This document shows positions 44,363-59,433 of a stretch of 64,000 nucleotides of DNA, in pieces. Each line of letters opens with the position of its first letter. The first letter of the stretch is position 1. Both the position numbers and the translations under genes were made by a program. The DNA comes from Eledone cirrhosa. Lineage: Eukaryota. The stretch covers positions 123,070,001-123,134,000 of the forward strand of contig OZ024742.1 of the NCBI GenBank assembly GCA_964016885.1, read 5' to 3'. The notes beneath the pieces were generated by a model. That model was not told the origin of the DNA, did no database searches, and was given only the letters and a program-made list of their open reading frames with translations.

Positions 44363-47300
44363 GTGTGTGTGTGAACGTGTGGCTCTAGCGTTGTTTGAAA
44401 CGTTGCGTCTAAAAACTAGACGACTAAATTATGTGCGGGTTTGTGGTAGACAAAAACTGGGTAGGGAGAAAAATAAGAGTGAAATACGCGGACTTATTGA
44501 TAATAAATTCTCTTCGCCACTGATTTTATTATTCCATCGTGTGAGACATCTTGGCGGAAAGTAATTTGGATCAACGCAGAAGTAAAAAAAATAAATAAAT
44601 AGCGACGTACATTTGGAAATGAAACAAAATATTCATATAAGTTAGAGATTAATAAATGATAAGATTTCTTCGAAATGAATTTTTGTTATCTGTAATACGA
44701 TCATACTTGTGTCAGACTTTCTTTTACGCTAACAATAAATATGTTCTGATGACTGTTTTATATTTTTTCTTCTGTCATCTTCAGAAGAATTATGTGTAGC
44801 TATACTTACATATAAACGTCACTCTTCTTAAGTTAGGTAGGTTTCTTTCTCTCTCTGTGTTGCCACGTTATATGGAAATACAATTTTGCCTATTTTATAT
44901 TACGTTTACAGTTCTTATAAAATTCATTAGTGCAAGAGCTTCAGAAGGATATACTATGTAGTAGTTTATTTGGCTAGAAATATCAACCCAATAACTTTTG
45001 AGTCATGTCTAAGTTGTAAAACACAAATGAATAACAATCGACAGTATAATCCTAGATAAACTATGCCTGATAAAACAAAGAAAACAATAATAATAATAGA
45101 TGGATTGTTAAATCTAGGATACCTTTGATCATAGGTCTGCTGGCTTAGGACTGATGTTAAACAACCACAATAACAACAATAACAACAACGATAAAGACTA
45201 CTATTTTAACGACTATGATCTATACAACGAAACAAATGTAACTGATTAATGATTTGGCTTCTGTTCCGATATATTGTGCTATGATAGACTTTTTTGCAAA
45301 TATATTTATTGCTTTAGTTCCATATTATACAGGACTTCTAACACACTAAGGCAAACACCATTCTTTATGACTGAGAAGTGAAAAGAAAAAGTCAGCTAAA
45401 ATATATGGCTCATTATATATTGTACTATCATACGTCATATATCATTTCATCTTCCAAAGTATGAATGTTGTTCTATTTTGTTTCTAAACTGAAATAATTC
45501 TAAATATTTGTTATTATTTCGTTTCTACGAAAGCAATACCTAACTGCGTATATTTTTCACCAAGGTCCACCCGACACAACCTTTATTTTTGCTAGGCTGG
45601 GATGAATTTATATACTTCCTGTGTTTCAACTACTAATCTCTTGTCTCCGCACACTTAACCAATCCATCATTCTACTGTTTGAAGAATGTCTATTTGTTCT
45701 CTTCTGTGCTTCCTCTTCTTTCTGGTCTTAATCTCTTACTCCATCTTATATATATTATACAGACACACACACAAATATTTACATATGTGTGTGTGTAACT
45801 GTATGTCTGCATGTACGATTGTATGTGTATAATCTATATAAAATGGAGTAACAGATTAAGACCAGAAAAAAGAGGAGGCACAGAAGGGAAGGCATAGTCA
45901 TTGAGGAGGTTACAGAATGTGTGACCAAAGAACTTTGATGTACTAACCAATAACAAATCATAAAGAGAAATTTAAAATTTAAAATCAGATGGTGCTCATG
46001 GTTTTCTTTATTGAAAATGCTGGAAAGATAACCATCACCTGATATAACAACAAACACACACACATATACATATACATATATATATATATGTGTGCGTGTC
46101 TCAGTTAAAATAGAATACATAATATATGTTCGAATACATAATATAGGCTGTGTATCAGCACACATGGGATATCCATCCTTTTTAGTTCAGTAGGTTTATA
46201 TGCACCATTATTAGACTGTATTATTAAGGTGGATTAGCAGTATCGGTAGAGGGTAGGACGTCATGCTTTGACGCATAGAGTTACGGCCCTTCCCATTCTG
46301 AGTTCAAATTCCGCCGAGGTTAACTTTGCCTTTAATCCTTACGGGGTCGATAAAATAAAGTACCAGTAATGCACTGGGAAATTGCTGGCCTTGTGCCGAT
46401 AGTAGAAACTATTATGTAGTCAATGATACGGCGACGCTTCTATTTCAATTCTAAAACTTCATTCACCGCGTTCCAAACATATTCCACACACACACAGGCA
46501 CACACACACACACATGTAAACACGCACACACACATATATATATATATATATAAAGAGAGAGATTAAAAAGAACTGAAGTCGGTGTTGCAGCATATGTACA
46601 AACTTTATTTGCATATTACAATTGTTTCGATATCGATCAGCTCGTAACATCATTGAGTGCTTCGAACGGTGCGCCGCCTGTAACTGTTGTTGTACACCTA
46701 ACACACACACACACACACACATATATATAGCAAACTCAAAACTGTCATTAGTTAAATTTGCACGTAAAAATATAATTTGTTCATGTTGTGTTGTGACAAG
46801 CATAGTATGTTATCACTACGGCCTATTTGAGATATAAGTATTTATGTATGGACTTATAACTGGTAGTGTAGTGGCATATGCGTTTCTTTTCGTTTTAAGC
46901 CGGAGGAGGCCCACCTGTCGTCAGATCTGAAAACAGCTAATTCATTCAAAAGAGGGAAATAGTGGAACGGAGAGGAAATGATAAAGAGAAAGAATCGACC
47001 TTAGTACTGAAGTGATACTTCATCTGTTGGACTCAATGGATGAAATGTAAAGTTGACCTTGGTAGGTTTTGAACTCAGAGCCGGATAAAATGCCACAAAA
47101 CATTCTATTCGACGTTCTAACGGTTCTGCCAATTCGACTCCAACCCTGACTACGAAATATATGCAAAAGACAATACTCTTTCCTCTTTGTTCAAAATGCT
47201 CTGTACCGCAAGCAGAGGGCAGTGTAAATCAATGCATTTTTGTGAGAGAAACTAATATTGAAATGTGAATAAAAAGAATTTTAAAATAAAATGAATAAAT

Positions 47301-47831
47301 AAATAAATATGCGAGTAAAAACAGTATTACAAGATATAGGTTTTGGAATCCGTTGGGAAATTATTTATCGTATGAAGTACTGACCTTTGCAAAGCTCGAG
47401 GGTGTTTTCTAGGGGAAGAAGTAAAAGGGTTCAAGTTTATTTCGGTTAATATATTTGTGTGTATCGACCGAAATGGTGAAATGACGTATAAATATTGAAT
47501 TAGATTATTTTATGTATATTTGGAACGAAAAAGCATTTTTTTAAAACTCTGTAAACCAATGAGAATATGGGTTACATTCGACTCGATATTACATCTCTTT
47601 TAATGTAAATGATTCTGTTGGAGGCAATTTGATAATAAATTTGCTTCTAAAGGGGGAATAAGCAATCATGCATCTGTCTTCCTATATGTACACACTAATA
47701 CAATCTGAAATACATGTTCATACACACACGCAGTTATTCATTTGTACGTGAATATATGTGTATCTGTAATCATATCTACAAATGTAGCCAAATTAGATAC
47801 ATAAAAAGACTGAAAAGTAACCAGGCAGATA

Positions 47832-47867
<36 letters not shown>

Positions 47868-48539
47868 GGGTGGGTGGGAGGTTTTGGGAGGTAGAAAGGG
47901 ACCTTCTGGATGTTTGCATCAGTCTTTTGAAATTCTATATCTACTTATTATAATCACTATAAATTGCTACGCAGAAAGAAAAAAACGAGCTAAAAACTGA
48001 CTGTATTTCCGAAGTTTACTTTGCATTCACATTGTTGTGGGTCTCCTATCTCTTCTCCAAAAACGTAGGCAAACTTCTTCTAAAATACCAATGTGTTGAC
48101 GACAATATTCAGGAGACCGTGGGGAAACACACCGTCTATATTTACTTATAAATCGTCTTCTTGTATATAGACGCGGTTGTGTTCTCTCCAGTCACCCTAT
48201 ATCCATACAATTGCGCGTGACTGCTATTTCGAATATAGCTTCAAGTCAAACAACAATATCCATTATTAATTTCTTTTTTCAACAGCCATCATTCATTATG
48301 ATATTGAAACAGTTTAATATATCCCAAGTGTATAGCAACTATTTTTGTTGTGTCCGGAATTAGGCAACAAATATTCCGGAGTAACGATTTCTATATCCCC
48401 TTAAATTATTTGACCCAACTTTCATTATTAGGAATTAAGTTTTCCTCGTGATTACATTTATTATATGCATTCAATCCAATGCAGAGGTTTCTCAATCCTT
48501 TTGGAGAAACCCCTTTCTAGTTTACCTCCATCGCTTTCT

Positions 48540-48880
48540 GTTTGGTTTTGGTCATGCCTCATGGAGTGTAGCCGTACTAACCACGCTTGGCCAATTGCCG
48601 ATTGGTGAGGTTATTTAACCCATAGTCGGGTTGGATGGCCGTTGACTCTGGTGAGTTCATCCACCCTTTTAAGAGCTCCTGTTTTTTACCTTCCTCACTA
48701 GACCAGGGTATGCTGGGGGAGCCAATTTAGTCCCCGACCGCTCGACCATGAAGCAGTTTGCACTGGGTTACTTAGTAAGAGTAGCAGGCAGGAGCCTAAC
48801 CTGAGTGCATTATAGGAGCAGTATGTGTTGTTTTACTCCACGTGATCGACGCTTCCATTCGAGCAGCAAGCGAGCGGCAA
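48540..48880 (-). mobile_element. GC-richer interspersed element, possibly an RTE-type LINE 5' region
   Basis: Minus-strand ggtctagtgaggaaggtaaaa resembles RTE 5' UTR motifs; no ORF support. Confidence 0.3.
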
Positions 48881-49549
48881 CAATATTTTGATATATATAT
48901 ATATACTTTTGTCTAATATATTAATAAGTTAATCGTCCACAAATTTAAACTCTTTAATGTCTCTTATTGTCTAAGTCTAGTTTCTATTTTATTTCCTTTT
49001 GCCACTCCTAATTTTGTCGCACCCTCCACACACACACACTCACACTCATATATATTCAGTACATGTTTATGTGTGATATGTGTGCAAGAAAGGGTGAAAG
49101 AGTATGTCTATGCGTGTGTGTTTGTGTACCTCTCACCGTTGCATATTGCCAAATATAAATATTGGTGACGCAAAAATGAAACTAGAGATTTTGCACGATA
49201 TTCTATGCGATATCTGTTCCACATCAAGTTTCAGAGAAACCTGATACTCTCGTCACCACAAATGCAGTAAACTAATACACGACACGTTTAAAACCTCTAA
49301 ACATCGGTGCGATATAAATACAGAAAGAAAAATATGAAAATTTAGATTTATCACGTTTAAAAAACTATTCCGATATTCAGTGATTTAATTATATGCTATT
49401 ATCTTAGTCTTGTTGTCTTAAAATGAATTCTGTTTCTTTGAACTTGAGCCAATACTTGAATTCTCTTTTGGTAGTAATGTGGCCCATTAATGTTTATGAT
49501 GTATCATTGACTATATCGTCACACACATACTCACGCACCACACACACAC

Positions 49550-49597
<48 letters not shown>

Positions 49598-49755
49598 ACA
49601 TATATATATATATGTTTGTGCATGTATGTGTTTGTGTATTTATATCTCTCTTACATATATATATATATGTAAAAGTTCTATTTAAATTGTTGGGATACAA
49701 CAAGCAAATATTTTTATAACTGATATAAAGCACTCAACAAATATTTGGAGTAAAA

Positions 49756-50115
49756 ATACGATATTAACAAATGGGAACTATATTTATAAAACCATATTTA
49801 TTTCATTATACATATTTCAAGGACACCAAGTTAAATTATGGTGTGCTTTCATCAGATAAAATATAATATAGATCAGTTTTATAAATAAATATTGACATAC
49901 CCTTAAAAATGCAACCATTACTGTTGGAAGCTCACGGGAGCTTCCAACAGTAATGGTTGCATTTTTAAGGGTATGTCAATATTTATTTATAAAACTGATC
50001 TATATTATATTTTATCTGATGAAAGCACACCATAATTTAACTTGGTGTCCTTGAAATATGTATAATGAAATAAATATGGTTTTATAAATATAGTTCCCAT
50101 TTGTTAATATCGTAT
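49756..50115. mobile_element. Near-perfect ~178-bp-arm palindrome, family E, with two hammerheads
   Basis: Arms around a 4-nt loop acgg (49934-49937); HHR at 50008-50072: tattttat-CTGATGA-aag c acacca...tggtgt c ctt-GAAA-tatgta-TA-atgaaata. Confidence 0.9.
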
Positions 50116-50149
50116 ATATATATATATGTGTGTGTGAGTGTGTGTGTGT

Positions 50150-50242
50150 ATCCCGGGTTCAATCGGGGGTGACCACAGTAATTAAGGTACTCAATACATA
50201 GCAGAGTATAAATATTTAATATAGAAATGGCTTCTGCAGGAC
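50150..50242 (-). mobile_element. Family A pLTR fragment truncated in stem III
   Basis: Reverse complement matches 11327-11415 and 53050-53138. Confidence 0.75.
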
Positions 50243-50796
50243 ATATATATATATATATATAATTGCAAGCCACTGTCTCTCATAGTAGAATGTAGTAAAC
50301 CATCCTGTCGTGTTGGTGATGACCGCAGGAATTTGTTCCTGGTGTGTCAAGGTTGGTTCTCTAAATTGCAGATCGAGCTTATTTATTTAGCATCCACATA
50401 TAAATATGTAAAATTGTTTGTAGCATATTAATTATATGCATTGATGTGTATGTGTGTGTGTGTCTGTGAAAGAGAGAGAGAGTGAGAGAGAGAGAGAAAG
50501 AGAGAGCGGGAGAAAGATAGAGAAAGAGAGAAAGAGAGAGGGAGAGAGCGTGTAAGATATGTCCTCTCTCATAAACGACTTGCTATTATTGACGGTGAAT
50601 TAGTTGAGCCGTTAGAGCGTCGAACAAATGTTTAGCTTTAGTTCAAATCCTGCTGAGGTGAACTTTACCTTTCATCCTTTCTAGGTCGATAAAATAATGA
50701 ATTAGTCATGCCCTGTGGTCGATATAATCGACCTTCCTTTCCCTAAACACACACAGATACAAACAAAGACACTACAAACTCTCGCTCACACACACA

Positions 50797-50830
<34 letters not shown>

Positions 50831-50949
50831 TTCCAAATATTAACAAAATAGATATTCTTGTGATAAATTATTGAGTTTTCTCATAAATTAATCACTACCT
50901 TGATTAAATCTTAACCATCTACCATGTCAGGGTATGTCATGTATCATTC

Positions 50950-51015
50950 TATTTTATCTGATGAGGACGTACTGTTGAACTTAATTCAGTACCTCTGAAA
51001 TATGTATAATAAAAT
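50950..51015 (+). ncRNA. Type I hammerhead (family E-related)
   Basis: attttat-CTGATGA-gg ac gtactg...cagtac ctct-GAAA-tatgta-TA-ataaaat; 50824-50865 is an inverted copy of 51022-51062. Confidence 0.8.
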
Positions 51016-52898
51016 TTAATTGATCACAAGAATATCTATTTTGTTAATATTTGGAATTAATATTAATAACTCTGGAAAATATTTCTTGTAGAGTGCTTCC
51101 AATCTATTGTAAAACTCATTCTTTGATGTACTCATTGAATCTTGTTTAACTCTTAAATATATATGTATATATATATATATAATTTAACACACTGCGTTAC
51201 ACAAAACTGTAAAACATTTAGTTGATAAATTTTTCATGGAAAGTTTTATATTCTTCTTGAGAATTCACATTAAGATCTGCAGGTACTAATTTGATGCTGA
51301 TGGCATGTTTGAAATCATTGCTACACGTTGGAAAACATTAAAGGCATTAGACACTATGTTCGTTTATTTGAATTCTAAATCTTGGACAGGACTCAAAAAA
51401 TGGCGCTTTCATATGAACACCAGTTTCTTCTGGTCATTATCCAATACAGAATCGGCTGAAATGCAGCCAATATTTCTACTTCAGCAGAAATTAAGCAGCC
51501 AAGAGTCTCGTTGACGAGATATACAGTTAGAATTAGCTATCACTAATACTCGAAGCATTTCATTCGTATTATCTAAGAATTGTCAATTTCTATTTTATTT
51601 TAGCTGTACCCACAATCAACAGGTAGAGGTTTCTCATTCATCTGGAATGTAACCGAAAATTATAGTTCAAGGTTTGGAAATAATAAAATTTGAGTTACAA
51701 AAAAAAATTATTTCTCTTTTTAGTACACTATAATCTCTGCGTGATCACCTAGATGTATATCAGGCAGCATTTAAAATCTTAACCCAGAGGTATTTTATAT
51801 TCTACAAGCATTTTATGGGGTGGGTTTATGGCTATAGCAAGCAATTGTTTGAGTGAAAATGATGATATACAAATGCATATATTTGAACTTAATTTATTAG
51901 ATGAAATGTTTAAAACGTATCTATAATAGGTGTTCAGTTGGAGGAGTGATTAGTTTGTAAGATTAGTTTAATGTCACAAACAAAACTGTACGCAGAATGA
52001 CGTTGCTTTTTTTCTATCTCTAGAGTTCCTAACAGATTTCACAGGAGAAGATTAGAGTAAAGAAATAATTAAATTCGTTGAAAACGTTTCTTCGCAAATT
52101 TCACGGCGAATTGTTTAGTTGTAGCTCTACTGTAATAAAGTCACAGCTATTCCCCCGTGTATTGCTATTCTAATGAATTAAACATCGCAGAGGTTATCAC
52201 ATCAATTATGTTTTACTCTGTCATAATAAATACAACATATTTACTGCTGTGATAAATTGATTTTTCTAATACTTTAATAAATTAATCGTCCATAATTTTA
52301 CCCTCTTTGTCGCCGCTTATTGTCTCTATCTATGGTTTTTATGCCAATATTTTTTCCTTTCTCATACTTTTAACTTTCTATATTTCCTTTCTTTCTTCCT
52401 ATTTTAATGTTAACGCTGCAATCACTCCCCCGTCGCCGCTCACTTAATGCATCCCTCATCCCCTCCCGCCTCTCATATATAAACATTCTCATACCAATGA
52501 TTCCCTTTTATTTCTCACTGAATCACTAAATATTCTTGATATTTATTTACTTGTTTATCAATTACCCCCTCCTCTTCATCCCACCGTCTCCAGTTATTGT
52601 TCATTCAGAACAAAACTGATTTACGAATCGCTTCTCAAATTGGTTGTGTTGAATATTATATTTCCCAGAAATTACATGCAGTTACAACTATATTGTTTAC
52701 CTATATCACAGGCTATTTGAGAGGCCGGAAGATATTCGGATTAATAAGCTCTAAATGTATCACTCTCTCTTTCTCTCTCTCATTCTCTCTCTCTTTCTTT
52801 CTCTTGTGTTTGTAATAGAATCGACTTCTGTTGGTTTCGACCATGAGTATTCCAAGCAGTCCCATACACACACACACATACATACACACACAAACACT

Positions 52899-52944
<46 letters not shown>

Positions 52945-52948
<4 letters not shown>

Positions 52949-53145
52949 TATAGATGAGATTCTACAGGACTAGAACTGTTTCATTCTTTAGAAATCATCA
53001 GGAATCTCATGATTCCTGATGATTTCTAAAGAATGAAACAGTTCTAGCCCTGTAGAATCTCATCTATATTAAAACTGTTATACTCTGCAATGTATTGAGT
53101 ACCTTACTTACTGTGGTTACCTCCGATTCAACCCGGAATAACGTA

Positions 53146-53149
<4 letters not shown>
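52945..53149 (+). mobile_element. Family A fold-back with two hammerheads (52954-53010 minus, 53011-53059 plus)
   Basis: atgagattc-CTGATGA-t ttc taaa gaa t-GAAA-cag ttctagtc ctg-TA-gaatctcat; 9-bp stem I on the minus copy. Confidence 0.88.
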
Positions 53150-53187
<38 letters not shown>

Positions 53188-55156
53188 TACGTTAACGAGC
53201 GTACATCTAATATACACATATATTTAGACATGCTGTGCTAATATACCTTGTAATTAAACAACAGAACTCCCTTTACAACACGAACAAGCGAACACGAGTT
53301 GTATTCGATTTTTGCCAACTTTTCAAAACTGTTTACTCCACTTCTGTTTGTTACTGATCAATAGAAATATTAGTAAGACTAATAATTCTCATTCATTTGC
53401 ATATCACCATGCTGATTAGCAGCATATTACGTAAAGTGATGATTCGACGTGTTAATAAAGGCGAAAACAGAAAGAGTGTGTGATAATCAATTGTAACGAA
53501 ATACTATTAATCAACCACCCTATACGTTTCTATTTTTAGGCACAAGGCCAGCAATTAACCAGTACATTACTGTTACTTTATTTTATCGACCCCGTAAGGA
53601 TGAAAGGCAAAGTTAACCTCGGCGAGATTTGAACTCAGATCATAAAGGGACGGAACTCTATGATCAAAGCATGGTGTCCGACTCTCTACAGATTGGTTTC
53701 TTATATAGGCACAAGGCCAGTAATTTTTGGGGAAGGGGAAAGTCGATTAAATCTACCCCCATGCGTGACTGGTACTTTATTTTATCGACCCATAAGGATG
53801 AAAGGCAAAGTTATCCTCGGCGGGATTTGAATTCAGACTGTCCATCCACCTCCCTTATGCTCATATCATAAAGAGCAGTAACTCTATGCTCAAAGCATGG
53901 CGTTCGACCCTCTACCGGTACTGCTAATCCACCTCACCTATACGTAATAATAAAAATAGCTTCTAATATATACACATAGGCGGCAGATTGGCAGAAATGT
54001 TACAACGTCGGATAGAATTATTTGCGGTATTCGTTTTGGCTCTCTACTTTCTCAGTTCAAATCCCGCCGATGTCAACTTTCCCTTTCATCCATTCGAAGT
54101 CTATAAAATAAGTACCAGTGTAATACTTGTGTCGATTTTTCTATGTGTCATTCTTACTTTAATTCTCCCAAAACTCTATCCTTCTCAGGAAGAAATCTGT
54201 TGTATACAGACCTGAAGAAGAAATGGACGCCACCCGGTTTGAAAATGTCCTTGAAATCCCGTATACCGCACCTTCAATTCTCTTATGAATTACGGATCTA
54301 AGAAATATATAAACAATGGTAGGTATTTAAGAGGCAGGAGAAAGTCGATTATATCAACAGCAGAACATACCTGCATGGCTTAGTGGTTGGAGCATTGGGC
54401 TTGCAATCGAATGGTTGTGAGTTAAATTTTCGGACCGGTGATGTGTTGTTTCCTTGATCAATACACTTTATTTCACGTTGCTCCAGTTTACTCAGCTGTA
54501 GAAATGAGATGATAGGACTGGGGTCCCTATCATTAAATCACCCAAGACACCTCCAACGAGATATACCTTGGAGGAGGCTAGCTAAACCTGCATAGGTGTG
54601 AGCTATCACACACCCGGTACATACCTGGTGCGTTGTTTTGTCGACCACTGATATATGAAATGCAGAGTTGATATGGGTGGAATTTGAACACAAAATGTTA
54701 AGAGCCAAAACTAGTACCGCAAAGAATTAAGCCAGAAACTAATTATTCTACCATTCACACATCCTAACATTAGAATTATGGTTTCTGATTTAGGCAGACT
54801 GCCAAGATTTTCGGCGGAAGAGAAAGATCATTAAATCGACTCCACTGCATTACTGGTCCTTTATTTTATCGACTCCGAACGTAAAGGGACGTAACTATGT
54901 GCTGCGAAGCATATTGTCCTGGCAACGCTCTGCTGCCGATCATTTTATATATATTAAACGCCAAATTAGTGTCAAGAATTTAGTACAGAATAATGTTTAT
55001 TGCATATAATTATAACAATTGCGTACAACATAATCAGATGTATTTTCAAACAACGCGTATACGCACGCAAACACAAACAATCAAACACACACACACGCGC
55101 ACGCACACACACACACACACACACAGAGAGACACACACACACTCATATATATATAT

Positions 55157-55367
55157 AAGCAAAGGGATATTTAATTTGTTAATTCAACAAATATATATAT
55201 TTATAACAGATTCGAAGCACTCGACAAGTTTTCTGGAGTATAATATCAACGATATTAATAAATGGAAGCTATATTTATAAAACCATATTTATTCTATTAT
55301 ATATATTTCAAGGGTACGCTCTCATCAGATGAAATACAAAGTTTGTTTTATAAATATTGACATACCC
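55157..55367 (-). mobile_element. Family E element with minimal hammerhead (55290-55336)
   Basis: tatttcat-CTGATGA-gag cgtacc ctt-GAAA-tatata-TA-atagaata. Confidence 0.8.
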
Positions 55368-55896
55368 AGGAACGAGACCTTAACGGTTCAAGTTCCAGGT
55401 GAACCATTAAGGTCCCATTATGTTTCAGGGAGTGTTATGCATAGGAAAATTACATTTTTTTATCTCCTAGGGCCCGCATTAGGTGAAAAACTGCGTTTTT
55501 TCAGGTTTTTAGGGGTTACTTGAGGCGTTACGTCCGACCGATTTCCTTGAAATTGTAACTATGTATTAGTCAGTCTCTTCTTCATACCGTGAGCAAAGAA
55601 AATCCAACGTTTGTATGGCCTAGGTCCCACATTTTTTCAGCTTTTTAGGGCTCTTTGGAAGCATATTATGCACATAAAAAAAAATTATTTTCTTGATCCC
55701 CTAGGGCCAGCATTAGGTGAAAACCTGCATTTTTCCTCCTTCACCGAGGAAAATCTTAAAGATTATGCAGCTATCAGAGTATTCGGTTTATTTTATTTAC
55801 ATATTGTCCAGTCATGCAGTTTTTCCACGATTAGGTCTGTTGGTGGCCCGCGTTCCAAAATACCTTATCCCGTGCAACGCCGGGTACCATTGCTAG
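55368..55896 (+). mobile_element. Non-autonomous Helitron 3' portion
   Basis: Subterminal hairpin cccg tgcaacgc cggg (55869-55884) followed by CTAG|T; internal direct repeat cctagggcc.gcattaggtgaaaa. Confidence 0.75.
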
Positions 55897-56296
55897 TATA
55901 TATATATAATATAGGTGATGTTGATGGGATAATTGAACCAATGAACGGGCGTAGAATAGCATGGTGCTAATATGTGCTATAGATAGCTAATAGCTAGAAA
56001 TGTGAGCACATAGAATCGGAGTTGAATTCATATACTAAGCATATCTAACGAACTTTCGATTACAGAGTCAGATTCGATTCATAATAGTCATTACCTTGAG
56101 CTGACCGATAGTGAAACATATGTAACATTTTATCAAATATGTTATAATAATGCAACACTGAATCCTTGTTCCTTATCCTTATAATATATATATGTATGTG
56201 TGTGTATACCTAAAAATACATTTTTTTCTTTTTTCCCCAAAAATATTTCTGTAAGTTTGATCCCATCACACTTACAATAAGATACACACACACATA

Positions 56297-56329
<33 letters not shown>

Positions 56330-56559
56330 ACACGTACACCCACTCGCACTTACACACACTCTAAAACCATAGTTTCTTTTGACAATCCCATTTACCTCTC
56401 TCTCCCGTAGCAATTGTCTCTAGCTTACATTTCTCCTCTTTGCCAAGACCATCTGAACTCTTGAACCGGCCCTTAATACAACTGGGATAAACATACATAT
56501 ATACAGAAATATTTCCACTCCCTAAAAGTAATTTTTTTCTGTCAAAAGACACAACCAAT

Positions 56560-56601
56560 ACCACCACCACCACCACCACCACTACCACTACTATTACTAA
56601 A

Positions 56602-56645
<44 letters not shown>

Positions 56646-56650
56646 CACTA
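56560..56650. repeat. (CAC)n/(TAC)n trinucleotide repeat
   Basis: Direct reading. Confidence 0.95.
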
Positions 56651-56924
56651 CAAATGCTGCTGTTGCTGCGGCTGCTAAAACTATGACTACACCTTTATAT
56701 ATATATATATATAAGGGACCCTTTTAGACCCAGTTTTCTTAAGAATGATGAACACACCTTCTTCAACACTTAATTTTTAAAAGTCTGTTTAATTGTAATA
56801 TTCAACTTTCGATAAAATGGATTACACTGATACATCGAAACCGGTTATATTTTATATATTTTATATATTTTATATATATTATAAAAGTCCTTTTTGAAAA
56901 ATATGTGTCCCTCCCTCTCACTCT

Positions 56925-56998
<74 letters not shown>

Positions 56999-57197
56999 TA
57001 TATATATATATATTTATACATATATATATATATATATATAGCCTACATTGTTCGGCTCTGTTGTATTACATTGAGCTATATCCTATACTGTCATTTCTAT
57101 AATACGACGAGTGTGTTTTACTCCAACGCACACTAGTATTTTAATTCTTATATACATATATATATATGTATAAATACCAGAACTTAATATGACACCC

Positions 57198-57248
57198 AGC
57201 TGCCTGAAGATTTCATCTGAATGAAACAGTACTAGTCCTGTAGAAGCT
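57198..57248 (+). ncRNA. Type I hammerhead (family A, CUGAAGA core)
   Basis: agctgc-CTGAAGA-t ttc atct gaa t-GAAA-cag tactagtc ctg-TA-gaagct. Confidence 0.8.
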
Positions 57249-57350
57249 CCTTCTATAATATATAAAAAAATTTACTCTGCCATGTATTGAGTACCTTACT
57301 TACTGTGGTTATCCCCGACTCAACCCCGGACCTACGTATATATATATATT

Positions 57351-57386
<36 letters not shown>

Positions 57387-57526
57387 ACATATATATATGT
57401 ATATACACACACACATATATACATACACACACACACACATATACACATACACACACACACATATACACATACACACACCCACACATACACATACACACAC
57501 ACACATATACACATACACACACACAC

Positions 57527-57574
<48 letters not shown>

Positions 57575-58027
57575 TGTGCGCTTCTCTTTAAAATGTGTAG
57601 GAGTATGTTCCTTTAACTTTTGTAGTTTGGTCATGAAATTCAATTAGCAACTGGTTTTCTGGGAAGCCGCTGAAGCTACAACGACTTTCAGGGCTGTGAT
57701 GTAAATCTATTAAGAAAACATGGATGCTGATTGCTCCTAAATCCTCGTAGCTATTCTCGATAACTCAGCATTTTCGATTTTTTATATTATTTGATTTATT
57801 TATGTGCCTTTTCATTCGATCTTTTTTCATTGGCATTGTAAACCGGAGACTGACTTTTTGTTTATCTATCTTTATGGTTGGTTAATTATCTGATTAGCTG
57901 TCTGGTTCAGAAGTCCACAGTTTAGTTTCCCAACTGTTCGATAAGTCAATAATATTTCGAATCAAATATTCTATATAATCGTTTTTCACATCATTCTCCC
58001 TTCCATATCCGTCTGCCTGTTGGTCTT

Positions 58028-58095
<68 letters not shown>

Positions 58096-58289
58096 ATTAC
58101 CCTATTACAACTGTCTCCCCATTTTCTCCACTTCCTTCCCCTCTCTATCAACTTCTACTTTACTGTTTCTCCATTTGTGTGTTTATACACAAATATATTG
58201 TCCACCATTCATATTCTCTAATTCATTCATTCTCCGTTCCCTCCGTCTTTCTCTCTATCAATCTCTCTCTCACTCAGTCTATCATTCTC

Positions 58290-58324
<35 letters not shown>

Positions 58325-58531
58325 AACATACACACACACACACACCTCTACACCTCTCCCACAGTCTATCACTCTCTGTGTGCATTTACATACACACATG
58401 TGTGATATATCGTCCATCATATATTCTCACCACCTGTTTCTTTTAATCTTTCATTCATACACCGTCCGTCGTCGTCTCTCTCTCACTTTCTTTCTCTTTT
58501 TAGTTATATCTATATATATATATGTGTGTGC

Positions 58532-58587
<56 letters not shown>

Positions 58588-59390
58588 GGTTGTGTGTGTG
58601 CGTCTCTGTCTGTGTGCGTGTTTGTGTGTATAATCATTATGTATCTCATTTTCTCTTTCTCCTTCTTTGCACGTTATTATTCTTGTCAATGAAGTTGAGT
58701 ACCTATTCAATAGAACCCCATCGCCAAATGATTTATATATTTCTGCCCACACACCCTTTAACATGTACATTTATCTTGTTTAGGATTTATTTTATTTCTA
58801 TCAAAATATTCTCGAAATTTTTTCAATAAAAAATAGTTTTATTTCATCAAGTCGATATGTGTAATTTCGGAAAAGGTACCTATTTCAATAAAAGAAATAG
58901 ATTCTGAAATAGGTTTGACATTTATTCACTTGGAGTCTTTTGAAATGTTCATGATTTAAACATAATTTTCCGAAATATATATAAATCTGCAAATAATCTT
59001 TAGCGAGATATATATCAAGAGTTGTTTGCCTTAGCAAAATACACATATAGTTTTAGAGAAAAATGATTCCGTTATATTTGGAATTATATATATGACCATC
59101 GATAATCAATACCTTCATAAAGGTTGCAAAATCACAAATACACACTCATACGAATACACGCACACACACACACATATACACACTCACACATGTATAAATG
59201 CAGTAATAAAGCTGAGCTTTCGCAAGGAAGCACACATATGCATGTCTCTGTATCTATGTTTGCGTATGAATATGCATCTATACAGAAAATAAAATGTATG
59301 TCATTGCTAAAGGTATTAGGAACTGGTGGAACATCCCCTTCAATATACAACCGAAATCTTACCGTGTAACATAGATCTATACGTATGTGT

Positions 59391-59433
<43 letters not shown>

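Noticed and set aside
48640-48850. Possible HDV-like ribozyme in the putative RTE 5' region
   Set aside because: I could not assemble P1, P1.1, P2 and P3 consistently by eye.
54211-54270. CTGAAGA...ggac...gtcc tt-GAAA-tcccg-TA motif
   Set aside because: Stems I and III are out of register and it is a single copy; too weak to call.
57110-57138. Hairpin followed by CTAG, like a Helitron 3' end
   Set aside because: The hairpin is only 1 nt from CTAG and there is no matching 5' end or second copy.
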